DNA of 64,000 nucleotides from Eledone cirrhosa (GCA_964016885.1 OZ024742.1:24242001-24306000), one strand, 5' to 3'; positions 41,501 to 56,040 are shown, counted from the stretch's first letter. The notes: generated by a model not told the origin, from the sequence alone. A program made the numbers and translations.

Positions 41501-44500
41501 TATGTCTTCGTGTATAGTGATGGTGACAAACTATGTCTTGGTGTGTAGTGATGGTGACAAACTATATCTTGGTGTGTAGTGATGGTGACAAACTATGTCT
41601 TGTGTGTAGTGATGGTGACAAACTATGTCTTGGTGTGTAGTGATGGTGACAAACTATGTCTTGGTGTGTAGTGATGGTGACAAACTATGTCTTGATGTGT
41701 AGTGATGGTGACAAACTATATCTTGGTGTGTAGTGATTGTGCCAAACTATATCTTGGTGTGTTGTGATGGTAATTAACTATATCTTGGTGTGTAGTGATG
41801 GTGACAAACTATATCCTGGTGTGTAGTGATGGTGATTATCTATATCTTGGTGTGTAGTGATGGTGACAAAGTATGTCTTGGTGTGTAGTGATGGTGACAA
41901 ACTATGTCTTGGTGTGTAGTGATGGTGACAAACTATATCCTGGTGTGTAGTGATGGTGACAAACTATGTCTTGGTTTGTAGTGATGGTGACAAACTATGT
42001 CTTGGTGTGTAGTGACGGTGACATACTATGTCTTCGTGTGTAGTGATGGTGACAAACTATGTCTTGGTGTGTAGTGATGGTGACAAACTATGTCTTGTTG
42101 TGTAGTGATGGTGACAAACTATAGTTGGTGTGTAGTTATGGTGACAAACTATATCTTTGTGTGTAGTGATGGTGACAAACTATAACTTGGTGTGTAGTGA
42201 TGGTGACAAACTATGTCTTGGTGTGTAGTGATGGTGACAAACTATGTCATGGTGTGTAGTGATGGTGACAAACTATGTCTTGGTGTGTATTGATGGTGAC
42301 AAACTATGTCTTGTTGTGTAGTGATGGTGACAAAATATGTCTTGGTGTGTAGTGATGGTGACAAACTATATCTTGGTGTGTAGTGATGGTGAGAAACTAT
42401 GTCTTGATGTGTAGTGATGGTGACAAACTATATCTTGGTGTGTAGTGAATGTGACAAACTATGTCTTGATGTGTAGTGATGGTGACAAACTATATCCTGG
42501 TGTGTAGTTATGGTGACAAACTAAGACCTGATAAGTGTAGTGATGGTGACAAACTATATCTTGGTGTGTAGTGATGGTGACAAACTATGTCTTGGTGTGT
42601 AGTGATGGTGACAAACTATGTCTTGGTGTGTAGTGATGGTGACAAACTATATCTTGGTGTGTAGTGATGGTGAGAAACTATGTCTTGATGTGTAGTGATG
42701 GTGACAAACTATATCTTGGTGTGTAATGACTGTGACAAACTATGTCTTGATGTGTAGTGTTGGTGACAAACTATATCCTGGTGTGTAGTTATGGTGACAA
42801 ACTAAGACCTGATAAGTGTAGTGATGGTGACAAACTATGTCTTGTTGTGTAGTGATGGTGACAAACTATGTCTTGGTGTGTAGTTATGGTGACAAACTAT
42901 AGTTGGTGTGTAGTTATGGTGACAAACTATATCTTTGTGTGTAGTGATGGTGACAAACTATAACTTGGTGTGTAGTGATGGTGACAAACTATGTCTTGGT
43001 GTGTAGTGATGGTAACAAACTATGTCATGGTGTGTAGTGATGGTGACAAACTATGTCTTGGTGTGTATTGATGGTGACAAACTATGTCTTGGTGTGTAGT
43101 GATGGTGACAAACTATGTCTTGGGGTGTAGTGATGGTGACAAACTATGTCTGGGTGTGTAGTGATGGTGACAAACTATGTCTTTGTCTGTAGTGATGGTG
43201 ACAAACTATGTCTTGTTGTGTAGTGATGGTGACAAACTATGTCTTGATGTGTAGTGATGGTCACAAACTATATCCTGGTGTGTAGTGATGGTGACTAACT
43301 ATATCTTGGTGTGTAGTGATGGTGACAAAGTATGTCTTGGTGTGTGGTAATGGTGACAAAATATATCTTGCTATGGGTAGTGATGGTGACTAACTATGTC
43401 TTGGTGTGTAGTGACGGTGACATACTATGTCTTCGTGTGTAGTGATGGTGACAAACTATGTGTTGGTGTGTAGTGATGGTGACAAACTATATCTTGGTGT
43501 GTAGTGATGGTGACAAACTATGTCTTGTTGTGTAGTGATGGTGACAAACTATGTCTTGGTGTGTAGTGATGGTGACAAACTATGTCTTGGTGTGTAGTGA
43601 TGGTGACAAACTATGTCTTGATGTGTAGTGATGGTGACAAACTATATCTTGGTGTGTAGTGATGGTAATTAACTATATCTTGGTGTGTAGTGATGGTGAC
43701 AAACTATATCCTGGTGTGTAGTGATGGTGGCTATCTATATCTTGGTGTGTAGTGATGGTGACAAAGTATGTCTTGGTGTGTAGTGATGGTGACAAAATAT
43801 ATCTTGATAGGTATAGTGATGGTGACTAACTATGTCTTGGTGTGTAGTGACGTTGACATACTATGTCTTGGTGTGTAGTGATGGTGACAAACTATGTCTT
43901 GGTGTGTAGTGATGGTGACAAATTATGTCTTGGTGTGTAGTGATGGTGACAAACTATGTCTTGGTGTGTAGTGATGGTGACAAACTATGTCTTGGTGTGT
44001 AGTGATGGTGACAAACTATGTCTTGGTGTGTAGTGATGGTGACAAACTACACCTTGGTGTGTAGTGATGGTGACAAACTATGTCTTGGTGTGTAGTGATG
44101 GTGACAAACTATGTCTTGGTGTGTAGTGATGGTGACAAACTATATCTTGGTGTGTAGTGATGGTGACAAACTATGTCTTGGTGTGTAGTGATGGTGACAA
44201 ACTATATCCTGGTGTGTAGTGATGGTGACAAACTATGTCTTGGTTTGTAGTGATGGTGACAAACTATGTCTTGGTGTGTAGTGACGGTGACATACTATGT
44301 CTTCGTGTGTAGTGATGGTGACAAACTATGTCTTGGTGTGTAGTGATGGTGACAAACTATGTCTTGTTGTGTAGTGATGGTGACAAACTATAGTTGGTGT
44401 GTAGTTATGGTGGCAAACTATATCTTTGTGTGTAGTGATGGTGACAAACTATAACTTGGTGTGTAGTGATGGTGACAAACTATGTCTTGGTGTGTAGTGA

Positions 44501-47500
44501 TGGTGACAAACTATGTCATGGTGTGTAGTGATGGTGACAAACTATGTCTTAGTGTGTATTGATGGTGACAAACTATGTCTTGGTGTGTAGTGATGGTGAC
44601 AAACTATGTCTTGGTGTGTAGTGATGGTGACAAACTATATCTTGGTGTGTAGTGATGGTGAGAAACTATGTCTTGATGTGTAGTGATGGTGACAAACTAT
44701 ATCTTGGTGTGTAGTGACTGTGACAAACTATGTCTTGATGTGTAGTGATGGTGACAAACTATATCCTGGTGTGTAGTTATGGTGATAAACGATGACTTGA
44801 TATGTGTAGTGATGGTGACAAACTATGTCTTGGTGTGTAGTGATGGAGACAAATTATATCTTGGTGTGTAGTGATGGTGACAAACTATATCTTGGTTTGT
44901 AGTGATGGGGACAAACTATATCTTGGTGTGTAGTGACTGTGACAAACTATGTCTTGATGTGTAATGATGGTGACAAACTATATCCTGGTGTGTAGTGATG
45001 GTGACTAACTATATCATGGTGTGTAGTGATGGTGACAAACTATGTCTTAGTGTGTAGTGATGGAGACAAACTATATCCTGGTGTGTAATTATGGTGTCAA
45101 ACTATATCTTGGTGTGTAGTGATGCTGACAAACTATGTCTTGTTGTGTAGTGATGGTGACAAACTATGTCTTGGTGTATAGTGATGGTGACAAACTATAG
45201 TTGGTGTATAGTGATGGTGACAAACTATAGTTGGTGTGTAGTGATGGTGACAAACTATGTCTTGGTGTGTATTGATGATGACAAACTATGTCTTGGTGTG
45301 TAGTGATGGTGACAAACTATGTCTTGGTGTATAGTGATGGTCACAAACTATGTTTTGGTTTGTAGTGATGGTGACAAACTATAGTTGGTGTGTAGTTATG
45401 GTGACAAACTATATCTTTGTGTGTAGTGATGGTGACAAACTATGTCTTGGTGTGTAGTGATGGTGACAAACTATGTTTTGGTGTGTAGTGATGGTGACAA
45501 ACTATGTCTTGGTGTGTAGTGATGGTGACAAACTATGTCATGGTGTGTAGTGATGGTGACAAACTATATCTTGGTGTGTAGTGATGGAGACAAACTATGT
45601 CTAGGTGTGTAGTGATGGTGACAAACTATAACTTGTTCTGTAGTGATGGTGACAAACTATGTCTTGTTGTGTAGTGATGGAGACAAACTATGTCTTGGTG
45701 TGTAGTGATGGAGACAAACTATGTCTTGGTGTGTAGTGATGGTGACAAACTATGTTTTGGTTTGTAGTGATGGTGACAAACTATATCCTGGTGTGTAGTG
45801 ATGGTGACAAACTATGTCTTGGTTTGTAGTGATGGTGACAAACTATGTCTTGGGGTGTAGTGATGGTGACAAACTATGTTTTGGTGTGTAGTGATGGTGA
45901 CAAACTATGTTTTGGTTTGTAGTGATGGTGACAAACTATATCCTGGTGTGTAGTGATGGTGACAAACTATGTCTTGGTTTGTAGTGATGGTGACAAACTA
46001 TGTCTTGGGGTGTAGTGATGGTGACAAACTATATCTTGGTGTGTAGTGATGGTGACAAACTATGTCTTGTTGTGTAGTGATTGTGACAAACTATATCTTG
46101 GTGTGTAGTGATGGTGACAAACTATATCTTGATACGTGTAGTGATGGTGACAAACTATATCCTGGTGTGTAGTGATGGTGACAAACTATGTCTTGGTGTG
46201 TAGTGATGGTGACAAAATATATCTTGGTGTGTAGTGATGGTGACAAACTATATCTTGATACGTGTAGTGATGGTGACAAACTATATCCTGGTGTGTACTG
46301 ATGGTGACAAACTATGTCTTGGTGTGTAGTGATGGTGACAAACTATATCTTGGTGTGTAGTGATAGTGAAAAAAATGTCTTGGTGTATAGTTATGGTGAC
46401 AAACTATATCCTGTTGTGTAGTGATGGTGACAAACTATATCCTGGTGTGTAGTGATGGTGACAAACTATGTCTTGGTGTGTAGTGATGGTGACAGACTAT
46501 GTCTTGGTGTGTAGTGATGGTGACAAACTATGTCCTGTTGTGTAGTGATAGTGACAAACTATATCTTGGTGTGTAGTGACGGTGACAAACTATGTCTTGG
46601 TGTGTAGTGATGGTGACAAACTATGTCCTTTTGTGTAGTGATGGTGACAAACTATATCTTGGTGTGTAGTGATGGTGACAAACTATATCCTGGTGTGTAG
46701 TGATGGTGACAAACTATGTCTTGGTGTGTATTGATGGTGACAAACTATGTCTTGGTGTGTAGTGATGGTGACATACTATGTCTTGGTGTGTAGTGATGGA
46801 GACAAACTATATCTTGGTGTGTAGTGATGGTGACAAACTATGTCTTGGTGTGTAGTGATGGTGACAAACTATATCCTGGTGTGTAGTGATGGTGACAAAC
46901 TATGTTTTGGTTTGTAGTGATGGTGACAAACTATGTCTTGGTTTGTAGTGATGGTGACAAACTATGTCTTGGTGTGTAGTGATGGTGACAAACTATATCT
47001 TGGTGTGTAGTGATGGGGACAAACTTTGTCTTGGTGTGTAGTTATGGTGACAAACTATATCTTGGTGTGTAGTGATGGTGACAAACTATATCCTGGTGTG
47101 TAGTGATGGTGAGAAACTATATCCTGGTGTGTAGTGATGGTGACAAACTATGTCTTGGTGTGTAGTGATGGTGACAAACTATATCTTGGTGTGTGTAGTG
47201 ATGGTGACAAACTATATCCTGGTGTGTAGTGATGGTGACAAACTATGTCTTGGTGTGTAGTGATGGTGACAAACTACATCTTGATATGTGTAGTGATGGT
47301 GACAAACTATATCCTGGTGTGTAGTGATGGTGACAAACTATGTCTTGGTATGTAGTGATGGTGACAAACTATGTCTTGGTGTGTAGTGATGTTGACAAAC
47401 TATATCCTGGTGTGTAGTGATGGTGACAAACTATGTCTTGGTGTATAGTTATGGTGACAAACTATATCCTGTTGTGTAGTGATGGTGACAAACTATGTCT

Positions 47501-50500
47501 TGGTGTGTAGTGATGGTGACAAACTATGTCTTGGGGTGTAGTGATGGTGACAAACTATATCTTGGTGTGTAGTGATGGTGACAAACTATGTCTTGTTGTG
47601 TAGTGATGGTGACAAACTATATCTTGGTGTGTAGTGATGGTGACAAACTATATCATGATATGTGTAGTGATGGTGACAAACTATATCCTGGTGTGTAGTG
47701 ATGGTGACAAACTATGTCTTGGTGTGTAGTGATGGTGACAAACTATACCTTGGTGTGTAGTGATGGTGACAAACTATGTCTTGGTGTGTAGTGATGGTGA
47801 CAAACTATATCTTGGTTTTTTAGTGATGGTGACAAACTATGTCTTGGTTTGTAGTGTTGGTGACAAACTATGTCTTGGTGTGTAGTGATGGTGACAAACT
47901 ATGTCTTGGTGTGTAGTGTTGGTGACAAACTATGTCTTGGTGTGTAGTGATGGTGACAAACTATGTCTTGGTGTGTAGTGTTGGTGACAAACTATGTCTT
48001 GGTGTGTAGTGATGGTGACTAACTATGTCTTGGTGTGTAGTGATGGTGACAAACTATGTCATGGTGTGTAGTGATGGTGACAAACTATATCTTGGTGTGT
48101 AGTGATGGTGACAAACTATGTCTTGGTGTGTAGTGATGGTGACAAACTATGTCTTGGTGTGTAGTGATGGTGACAAACTATATCCTGGTGTGTAGTGATG
48201 GTGACAAACTATGTTTTGTTTTGTAGTGATGGTGACAAACTATATCTTGGTGTGTAATGATGGTGACAAACTATGTCTTGCTGTGTAGTGTTGGTGACAA
48301 ACTATATCTTGGTGTGTAGTGATAGTGACAAACAATGTCTTGGTGTATAGTTATGGTGACAAACTATATCCTGGTGTGTAGTGATGGTGACAAACTATAT
48401 CCTGGTGTGTAGTGATGGTGACAAACTATGTCTTGGTGTGTAGTGATGGTGACAAACTATATCTTGATATGTGTAGTGATGGTGACAAGCTATATCCTGG
48501 TGTGTAGTGATGGTGACAAACTATGTCTTGGTGTGTAGTGATGGTGACAACCTATGTCTTGGTGTGTAGTGATGGTGACAAAATATATCTTGGTGTGTAG
48601 TGATGGTGACAAACTATGTCTTGGTGTGTAGTGATGGTGACAAAAAATGTCTTGGTGTATAGTTATGGTGACAAACTATATCCTGTTGTGTAGTGATGGT
48701 GACAAACTATATCCTGGTGTGTAGTGATGGTGACTATCTATATCTTGGTGTGTAGTGATGGTGACAAACTATGTCTTGGTGTGTAGTGATGGTGACAAAC
48801 TATGTCTTGGGGTGTAGTGATGGTGACAAACTATATCTTGGTGTGTAGTGATGGTGACAAACTATATCTTGGTGTGTAGTGATGGTGACAAACTATATCT
48901 TGATATGTGTAGTGATGGTGACAAATTATGCCTTGATGTGTAGTGTTGGTGACAAACTATAGTTGGTGTGTAGTTATGGTGACAAACTATATCTTGGTGT
49001 GTAGTTATGGTGACAAACTATGTCTTGTTGTTTAGTGATGGTGACTAACTATGTCTTAGTGTGTAGTGCTGGTGACAAACTATGTCTTGGTGTGTAGTGA
49101 TGGTGACAAACTATGTCTTGGGGTGTAGTGATGGTGACAAACTATATCTTGGTGTGTAGTGATGGTGACAAACTATGTCTTGTTGTGTAGTGATGGTGAC
49201 AAACTATATCTTGGTGTGTAGTGATGGTGACAAACTATATCATGATATGTGTAGTGATGGTGACAAACTATATCCTGGTGTGTAGTGATGGTGACAAACT
49301 ATGTCTTGGTGTGTAGTGATGGTGACAAACTATACCTTGGTGTGTAGTGATGGTGACAAACTATGTCTTGGTGTGTAGTGATGGTGACAAACTATGTCTT
49401 GGTGTGTAGTGATGGTGACAAACTATATCTTGGTTTTTTAGTGATTGTGACAAACTATGTCTTGGTTTGTAGTGTTGGTGACAAACTATGTCTTGGTGTG
49501 TAGTGATGGTGACAAACTATGTCTTGGTGTGTAGTGTTGGTGACAAACTATGTCTTGGTGTGTAGTGATGGTGACAAACTATGTCTTGGTGTGTAGTGTT
49601 GGTGACAAACTATGTCTTGGTGTGTAGTGATGGTGACTAACTATGTCTTGGTGTGTAGTGATGGTGACAAACTATGTCATGGTGTGTAGTGATGGTGACA
49701 AACTATATCTTGGTGTGTAGTGATGGTGACAAACTATGTCTTGGTGTGTAGTGATGGTGACAAACTATGTCTTGGTGTGTAGTGATGGTGACAAACTATA
49801 TCCTGGTGTGTAGTGATGGTGACAAACTATGTTTTGTTTTGTAGTGATGGTGACAAACTATATCTTGGTGTGTAATGATGGTGACAAACTATGTCTTGCT
49901 GTGTAGTGTTGGTGACAAACTATATCTTGGTATGTAGTGATAGTGACAAACAATGTCTTGGTGTATAGTTATGGTGACAAACTATATCCTGGTGTGTAGT
50001 GATGGTGACAACCTATATCCTGGTGTGTAGTGATGGTGACAAACTATGTCTTGGTGTGTAGTGATGGTGTCAAACTATATCTTGATATGTGTAGTGATGG
50101 TGACAAGCTATATCCTGGTGTGTAGTGATGGTGACAAACTATGTCTTGGTGTGTAGTGATGGTGACAACCTATGTCTTGGTGTGTAGTGATGGTGACAAA
50201 ATAAATCTTGGTGTGTAGTGATGGTGACAAACTATGTCTTGGTGTGTAGTGATGGTGACAAAAAATGTCTTGGTGTATAGTTATGGTGACAAACTATATC
50301 CTGTTGTGTAGTGATGGTGACAAACTATATCCTGGTGTGTAGTGATGGTGACTATCTATATCTTGGTGTGTAGTGATGGTGACAAACTATGTCTTGGTGT
50401 GTAGTGATGGTGACAAACTATGTCTTGGGGTGTAGTGATGGTGACAAACTATATCTTGGTGTGTAGTGATGGTGACAAACTATATCTTGGTGTGTAGTGA

Positions 50501-51165
50501 TGGTGACAAACTATATCTTGATATGTGTAGTGATGGTGCCAAATTATGTCTTGATGTGTAGTGTTGGTGACAAACTATAGTTGGTGTGTAGTTATGGTGA
50601 CAAACTATATCTTGGTGTGTAGTTATGGTGACAAACTATGTCTTGTTGTTTAGTGATGGTGACTAACTATGTCTTGGTGTGTAGTGATGGTGACAAACTA
50701 TGTCTTGGTGTGTAGTGATGGTGACAAACTATATCTTGGTGTGTAGTGATGGTGACAAACTATATCTTGGTGTGTAGTGATGGTGACAAACTATATCTTG
50801 GTGTGTATTGATGGTGACAAACTATATCCTGGTGTGTAGTGATGGTGACAAACTTTATCCTGGTGTGTATTGATGGTGACAAACTATGTCTTGGTGTGTA
50901 GTAATGGTGAGAAACTATATCTTGGTGTGTAGTGATGATGACAAAATATATCTTGGTGTGTAGTGATGGTGACAAAATATATCTTGGTGTGTAGTGATGG
51001 TGACAAAATATATCTTGGTGTGTAGTGATGGTGACAAAATATATCTTGGTGTGTAGTGATGGTGACAAAATATATCTTGGTGTGTAGTGATGGTGACAAA
51101 GTATATCTTGGTGTGTAATGATAGTGACAAACTATGTCTTGATATGTAGTGATGGTGACAAACTG
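32576..51165. repeat. 31-bp tandem satellite array (~560 monomers) interrupted by a LINE
   Basis: Monomer GTGTGTAGTGATGGTGACAAACTATRTCTTG with recurrent 33-bp variants (CTTGATATGTGTAG). Left edge degenerate, with internal block duplications. Confidence 0.99.
32796..33935 (+). mobile_element. 5'-truncated, inactivated RTE-clade LINE (reverse transcriptase) with 16-bp TSD
   Basis: RT motifs FIDFSKAFDSI, GVRQGCSLSPILF, LDFADDI, FTYLG, LLYGSET, WVGHALR and GNRRRGR, with stops and frameshifts. AGTGATGGTGACAAAC flanks it at 32780-32795 and 33936-33951. Short 3' tail TCTGAATCTGAGTG. Confidence 0.95.
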
Positions 51166-51589
51166 TTCTAGTGATGATTTTCTCATTTTTATATGTATTC
51201 AATATATATATATGCTGGTAAACAAAGATCTCCGCTGAGGGTGCTTCTGTACTCCATCTCTGTACTGATATCTCACTAGTCGGTGAAGTAACTCGTTTGG
51301 TGTTTTGACCCTTTAAACTGTGACACCAGATGTACCCAGAGCCACCTACCAATGTATGCAACACCTGCACAACAGCACAATCCTTGTTGAGTTTGATGTC
51401 GTATATGTGGAATCTTTTCAATGTATATTATTCTATTTTCTTCACATGAAATCATTTAGTGTCTGTTTTCCCAGCTAGCAAAAGTTAGATTATATAACAT
51501 TACTCTATACAGATACATACACATCATCAACATCATCATCTTCGTTTAACGTCCACTTTCCACGCTAGCATGGGTTATAATATTTGTAT

Positions 51590-51885
<296 letters not shown>

Positions 51886-52859
51886 GTTATGTTGCAGTGT
51901 ATAGTGTTGCAAATGTAGTTATTGGTAGTGATTATGTTTTGAGTTAGAGCATCTATAACTATGTTAGATCTAGTTACCTATGTTACAGAAACACATTCAG
52001 ATCAGCTTTCTTTTGCTTTTAATGACAGGCTGCTTCATTAACTGGTTTCCACTTGAAAACTTCTTCATCTAGCTTTGTTCCACATCGATTGCTTTCCTTC
52101 TCCAAGAATGAGCAACAACAACTTCAACCCTTTTCCCTTCTTCTCGCTGTGTTAGCAAACAAATTTCCAGTATTGTCAAATTTTATAATTCACTCAATAC
52201 ATTTCCTCATTTGGTCAGCTTCCAATTGGGAATTGGCATGTGTTAGAAGTTTGAAGTTCATGTTTTATAATTGTCAAAATCCCAATAGTTCTAAGGTAAA
52301 TTTCTAACAATTAGGCAGACAGCCTTCTCTCAGTTTTAGCTTGCAGCATTGTTATGAAAAATAGAATTACCAAACTGAAAATCCCTTTTACTGGTTAGGT
52401 AACTACTGTATTTGTAATTCTATGTGAGGAAATATCAGTTTAAAGTAGGAATAACGATTCCAAAGTGAGCACTTAACAGATCAAAATGAGAATAGTTAAT
52501 TGAAAGTCACCCATATCGCTTCAAAGGGGATGGGAATAACAATTTAATGGTGAGATCATGTCACTTAAATGAAACATATATTTAATTAGCCAAGAATATA
52601 TAATTTCATAATAAAATAAAACAGGGAAAACTTTTAGATATAGTGGATATGTCTTGATCAACTGGCTGTCCAACATGTGATGGATGTGGTCAAAAAGCAC
52701 AACCATCTTTAGAATAGCCATCTGTTGCCACCATAATTCCTTGTATTTTGCTGTGGCATTGAATTCATCTTTTTTCTTTTAGCTGTGGTATTGCTCGCCA
52801 TCCCATGTCCAAACCCCTCTTCCTTTCTCAACCAGATTTGTGACTAACTATAGTTAATA

Positions 52860-53225
52860 CATCATCATCATCATTTTACATCCGCTTTTACCTGGTTGCA
52901 AGGGTGGAATGGGTCCTATTCAACACATCATCTCTACACTTGTCACAGTCCCTCGTCATTTTCTCCGTGAACTTCAGCGATCTGAGGTCTGCTCTCACCA
53001 CCTCCGCCCATGGTTTTCTTGGTTTTCCTCTACTGCCTCTTCCTTCTACTGGCATTTCTTGGCACTTCTTTACCCAGTGGTCATATTGCATGTGCATCAC
53101 ATGTCCATACCATCGCAGTCATCTCTCCCACCCACTACAACTTATGCCTCTTATACACAGTTTCTCTTTCAACTCATCCATGCTTAGTCGTTCACGTACA
53201 TTGACATTAATACATCTATTTAAAT
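52860..53225 (-). mobile_element. 3' fragment of an RTE-clade LINE with (GAT)n tail
   Basis: ORFs NVNVRERLSMDELKEKLCIRGI and HWVKKCQEMPVEGRGSRGKPRKPWAEVVRADLRSL, ending in GATGATGAT on the minus strand. Confidence 0.85.
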
Positions 53226-53410
53226 TCCTCTTGTGATGATTGCACTTTTCTTTCATTTGTATACACATCAGTGTGTGTTTCTGGGCGTGTCTGTGTATGT
53301 GTATATTGGTGGTTGAATACAAACGTGTTTTTCTCAAAAAAAAAAATCTTTCTGTTCCCTTTTCTTCTCACTCTCAATCATTCTCTTTCATCTTTTATTC
53401 CTTATTCTAT

Positions 53411-53445
53411 TTTCTGATGAACGACTAGTGTGTGAAACGTTAAGT
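53411..53445 (+). ncRNA. Minimal type I hammerhead ribozyme motif within a probable solo Penelope-like pLTR (~53345-53540)
   Basis: CTGATGA-acgactagtgtgt-GAAACGTTA with palindromic AACGTT in place of stem III. Stems I and II are weak. The region ends in (TA)n. Confidence 0.55.
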
Positions 53446-53552
53446 CTTTTCTAACTATATCAAGTATCAAACTAATATATTTCGGTATTGTACTGCGTTG
53501 TTTGCTTTATTGTTTCTGTTTACTTTTGCATAGATTTCTATATATATATGTT

Positions 53553-53588
<36 letters not shown>

Positions 53589-53833
53589 CAACACAATAAT
53601 CAACACTCGAGGGCGGCCGACTGAGGTAGAAGCTGCTAAATAGTCAGTCGTCCTCTTGTCTCTGATTTTCAGCCATATGGATTTTATCTGTTATATTCCT
53701 TTGTTATATTTTGCATACCTGATGATATCACCGGATTCATACTGAACCTGGTCATTAAAATGATCATAGTATAATAAACCTTTCAAAGATTTACACCAGT
53801 ACAGCCTCCTGTTAGTTTATAATTATATATATA

Positions 53834-54110
53834 TCATCATCATCATCATCATCACCGTTTTACGTCCGTTCTTCCACGCTAGCATGGGTTAGACGGGTTG
53901 TCCTGTTGTGGGCAGTGTCTGGTCGGCTGACCATGCCTTGCTCATACAGGAACTGATCTGGCTTGATTTCTACAGCTGGATGCCCTTCCTAACACCAACC
54001 TCATTTACAGTGAGTGCTGGGTGCTTTTTCGTGGCGCCTACACGTCCACTTTACAGTGTGGGCTGGGTGCTTTTTTGCCGTGGCACCTCCACGACCACCT
54101 TGCGGTGGGG
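53834..54110 (-). mobile_element. SINE/non-autonomous RTE-derived 3' module with (GAT)n tail
   Basis: The reverse complement matches 59555-59650 (GGTGTTAGGAAGGGCATCCAGCTGTAGAAATCAAGCCA). (CAT)n at 53834-53855 on the plus strand. Confidence 0.75.
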
Positions 54111-54276
54111 CGAGTGGGGGCATATTGTTTATATGCTTCAGCATGTACCCATGGGAGGTCGGGTACCCTGTATTACTGCGTGACGCCAGAAGTCACGGTC
54201 GTTTATATATGTTTATATGTTTATATATGTTTATATATGCTAGCATGGAAAATAAATGTTAAACAATGATGACGAT

Positions 54277-54340
<64 letters not shown>

Positions 54341-54868
54341 CTACATATATGTGTGTCTTTATTTATTTACAAGAAGAATATAAAAATGGCAGACACATAT
54401 ATGAGATATACACATATATAATGAGAAGGCCTTTTTAACGAAGGCTGGTTTAATTTCTCTTTAAATTGCTAATCAATCTGATGCAGAATGATGAAATGTT
54501 TGTTTTCTCTGCTTTGGCATTATTGATTTACTCTAATGAATGATTGGACAAGATCAATTATTAATTTAAACATTTTTTAATTTGCTTAGAAAGCCCTGTA
54601 CAGGTGAAAAACAAAATATTTGATAAAGAACACTTTAATGTTGTTTTTAATTGCTTTTGTTTTAGCTTTAATTTTAATTTCTAAAGTGATAATTTATCAT
54701 GCAAAATCATTTATTAACAGTATCATTGGAGAAGTTTAATATGATTTATGTCACTCTTCTAAGAGATCTGTTGATGCCTTATCACAATATAGTCCAGCAT
54801 CAACTTCATTAACATCAGCACCAGTAATGATATACATCATCATCGTTATCATTAACAGCAGCAGCCAT

Positions 54869-54904
<36 letters not shown>

Positions 54905-54908
<4 letters not shown>

Positions 54909-55189
54909 ATAAATTAACGGAGCCATAGGCCCTCGCCATTCCCTGTAAATAATGTGCTCAAAGGAGAAGAAATCCTGAGCTCTTTAAAATACAATATGTT
55001 GAAAAGTTAACACACCAGAGAGAGATATACAGTGCGCTATCAATAAAACAGCTTTAATTCATATTTTTAATTATCGTGTCTATAGTCTGCCTTTCATAGG
55101 TTATAGATTCCATACACTGGTGGTTTTTTCCCTGTTTTATTGCTAGCGCACTGTATATCTCTCTCTGGTGTGTTACCTTTTCAACATAT

Positions 55190-55195
<6 letters not shown>
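54905..55195. repeat. Small insertion with 61-bp inverted arms, flanked by (TA)n
   Basis: 54991-55051 is the reverse complement of 55132-55192 with two mismatches. Confidence 0.85.
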
Positions 55196-55227
<32 letters not shown>

Positions 55228-55230
<3 letters not shown>

Positions 55231-56040
55231 GGGTAAAATGAAACAAAATTTCATTTCCCACTCTTAGTACGGCTGTTACTTAAATATAAGTATGTACACG
55301 TACATACATATATGTATACAGACGTACAGCAGTATGTATATATATATACATACATGCACACATATATATATGTACGTATGGATTCACCGAACATTTATTA
55401 TAATGCTCGGTGTGTTTGTAAACAAACATCCCGTATTAAGCCGTAGTGTCTAGCAACCATCGTTGCTCGTTTGTTCAACACTGACAAAGGAACGCTGTAC
55501 TAGTTCTCCACCCAATTCTTTTTATCCCAATAACTTATTTTAGTTATTGTTCGCGCTAGCCTAGTGTATCTGGTCTTAAATGCGAAGAAATACCTATGAT
55601 GGCTAGTAGATCACTGATGATGGATAGTCCTATTTCTAATTCTTCATTTTAATTTGTATATCACATATGCAACAACACAGCACGCCATTTTTCATTCCTA
55701 TATATATATATGTATATATGTGTGTATATATATATATATTTACATATATATACATGCACACATGTACTAGTTTCAAGCTTATTAGCTATCGTCAGCAACG
55801 TATACCTTCCTGCCAGATTGAAACTAGTACAGCGTTCCTTTGTGAGTGTTGAACAAACGAGCAACGATGGTTGCTAGACACTACGGCTTACTACGGGATG
55901 TTTGTTTACAAACACACCAAGCATTATAATAAATGTTCGGTGAATCCATACGTACATATATATATATGTGTGCATGTATGTATATATATATATACATACT
56001 ACTGTACGTCTGTATACATATATGTATGTACGTGTACATA

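Noticed and set aside
50915-51421. 168-aa minus-strand ORF
   Set aside because: Half of it is satellite translation. The unique part has no recognisable domain or clear splice sites, though an exon cannot be fully excluded.
52030-52220. Possible Tc1/mariner N-terminal relic on the minus strand (IIKFDNTGNL...)
   Set aside because: The similarity is too short and weak to support by eye.
53834-54280. Apparent TIR element bounded by inverted (CAT)n/(GAT)n termini
   Set aside because: Better explained as two independent RTE/SINE 3' tails in opposite orientation. No TSD was seen.
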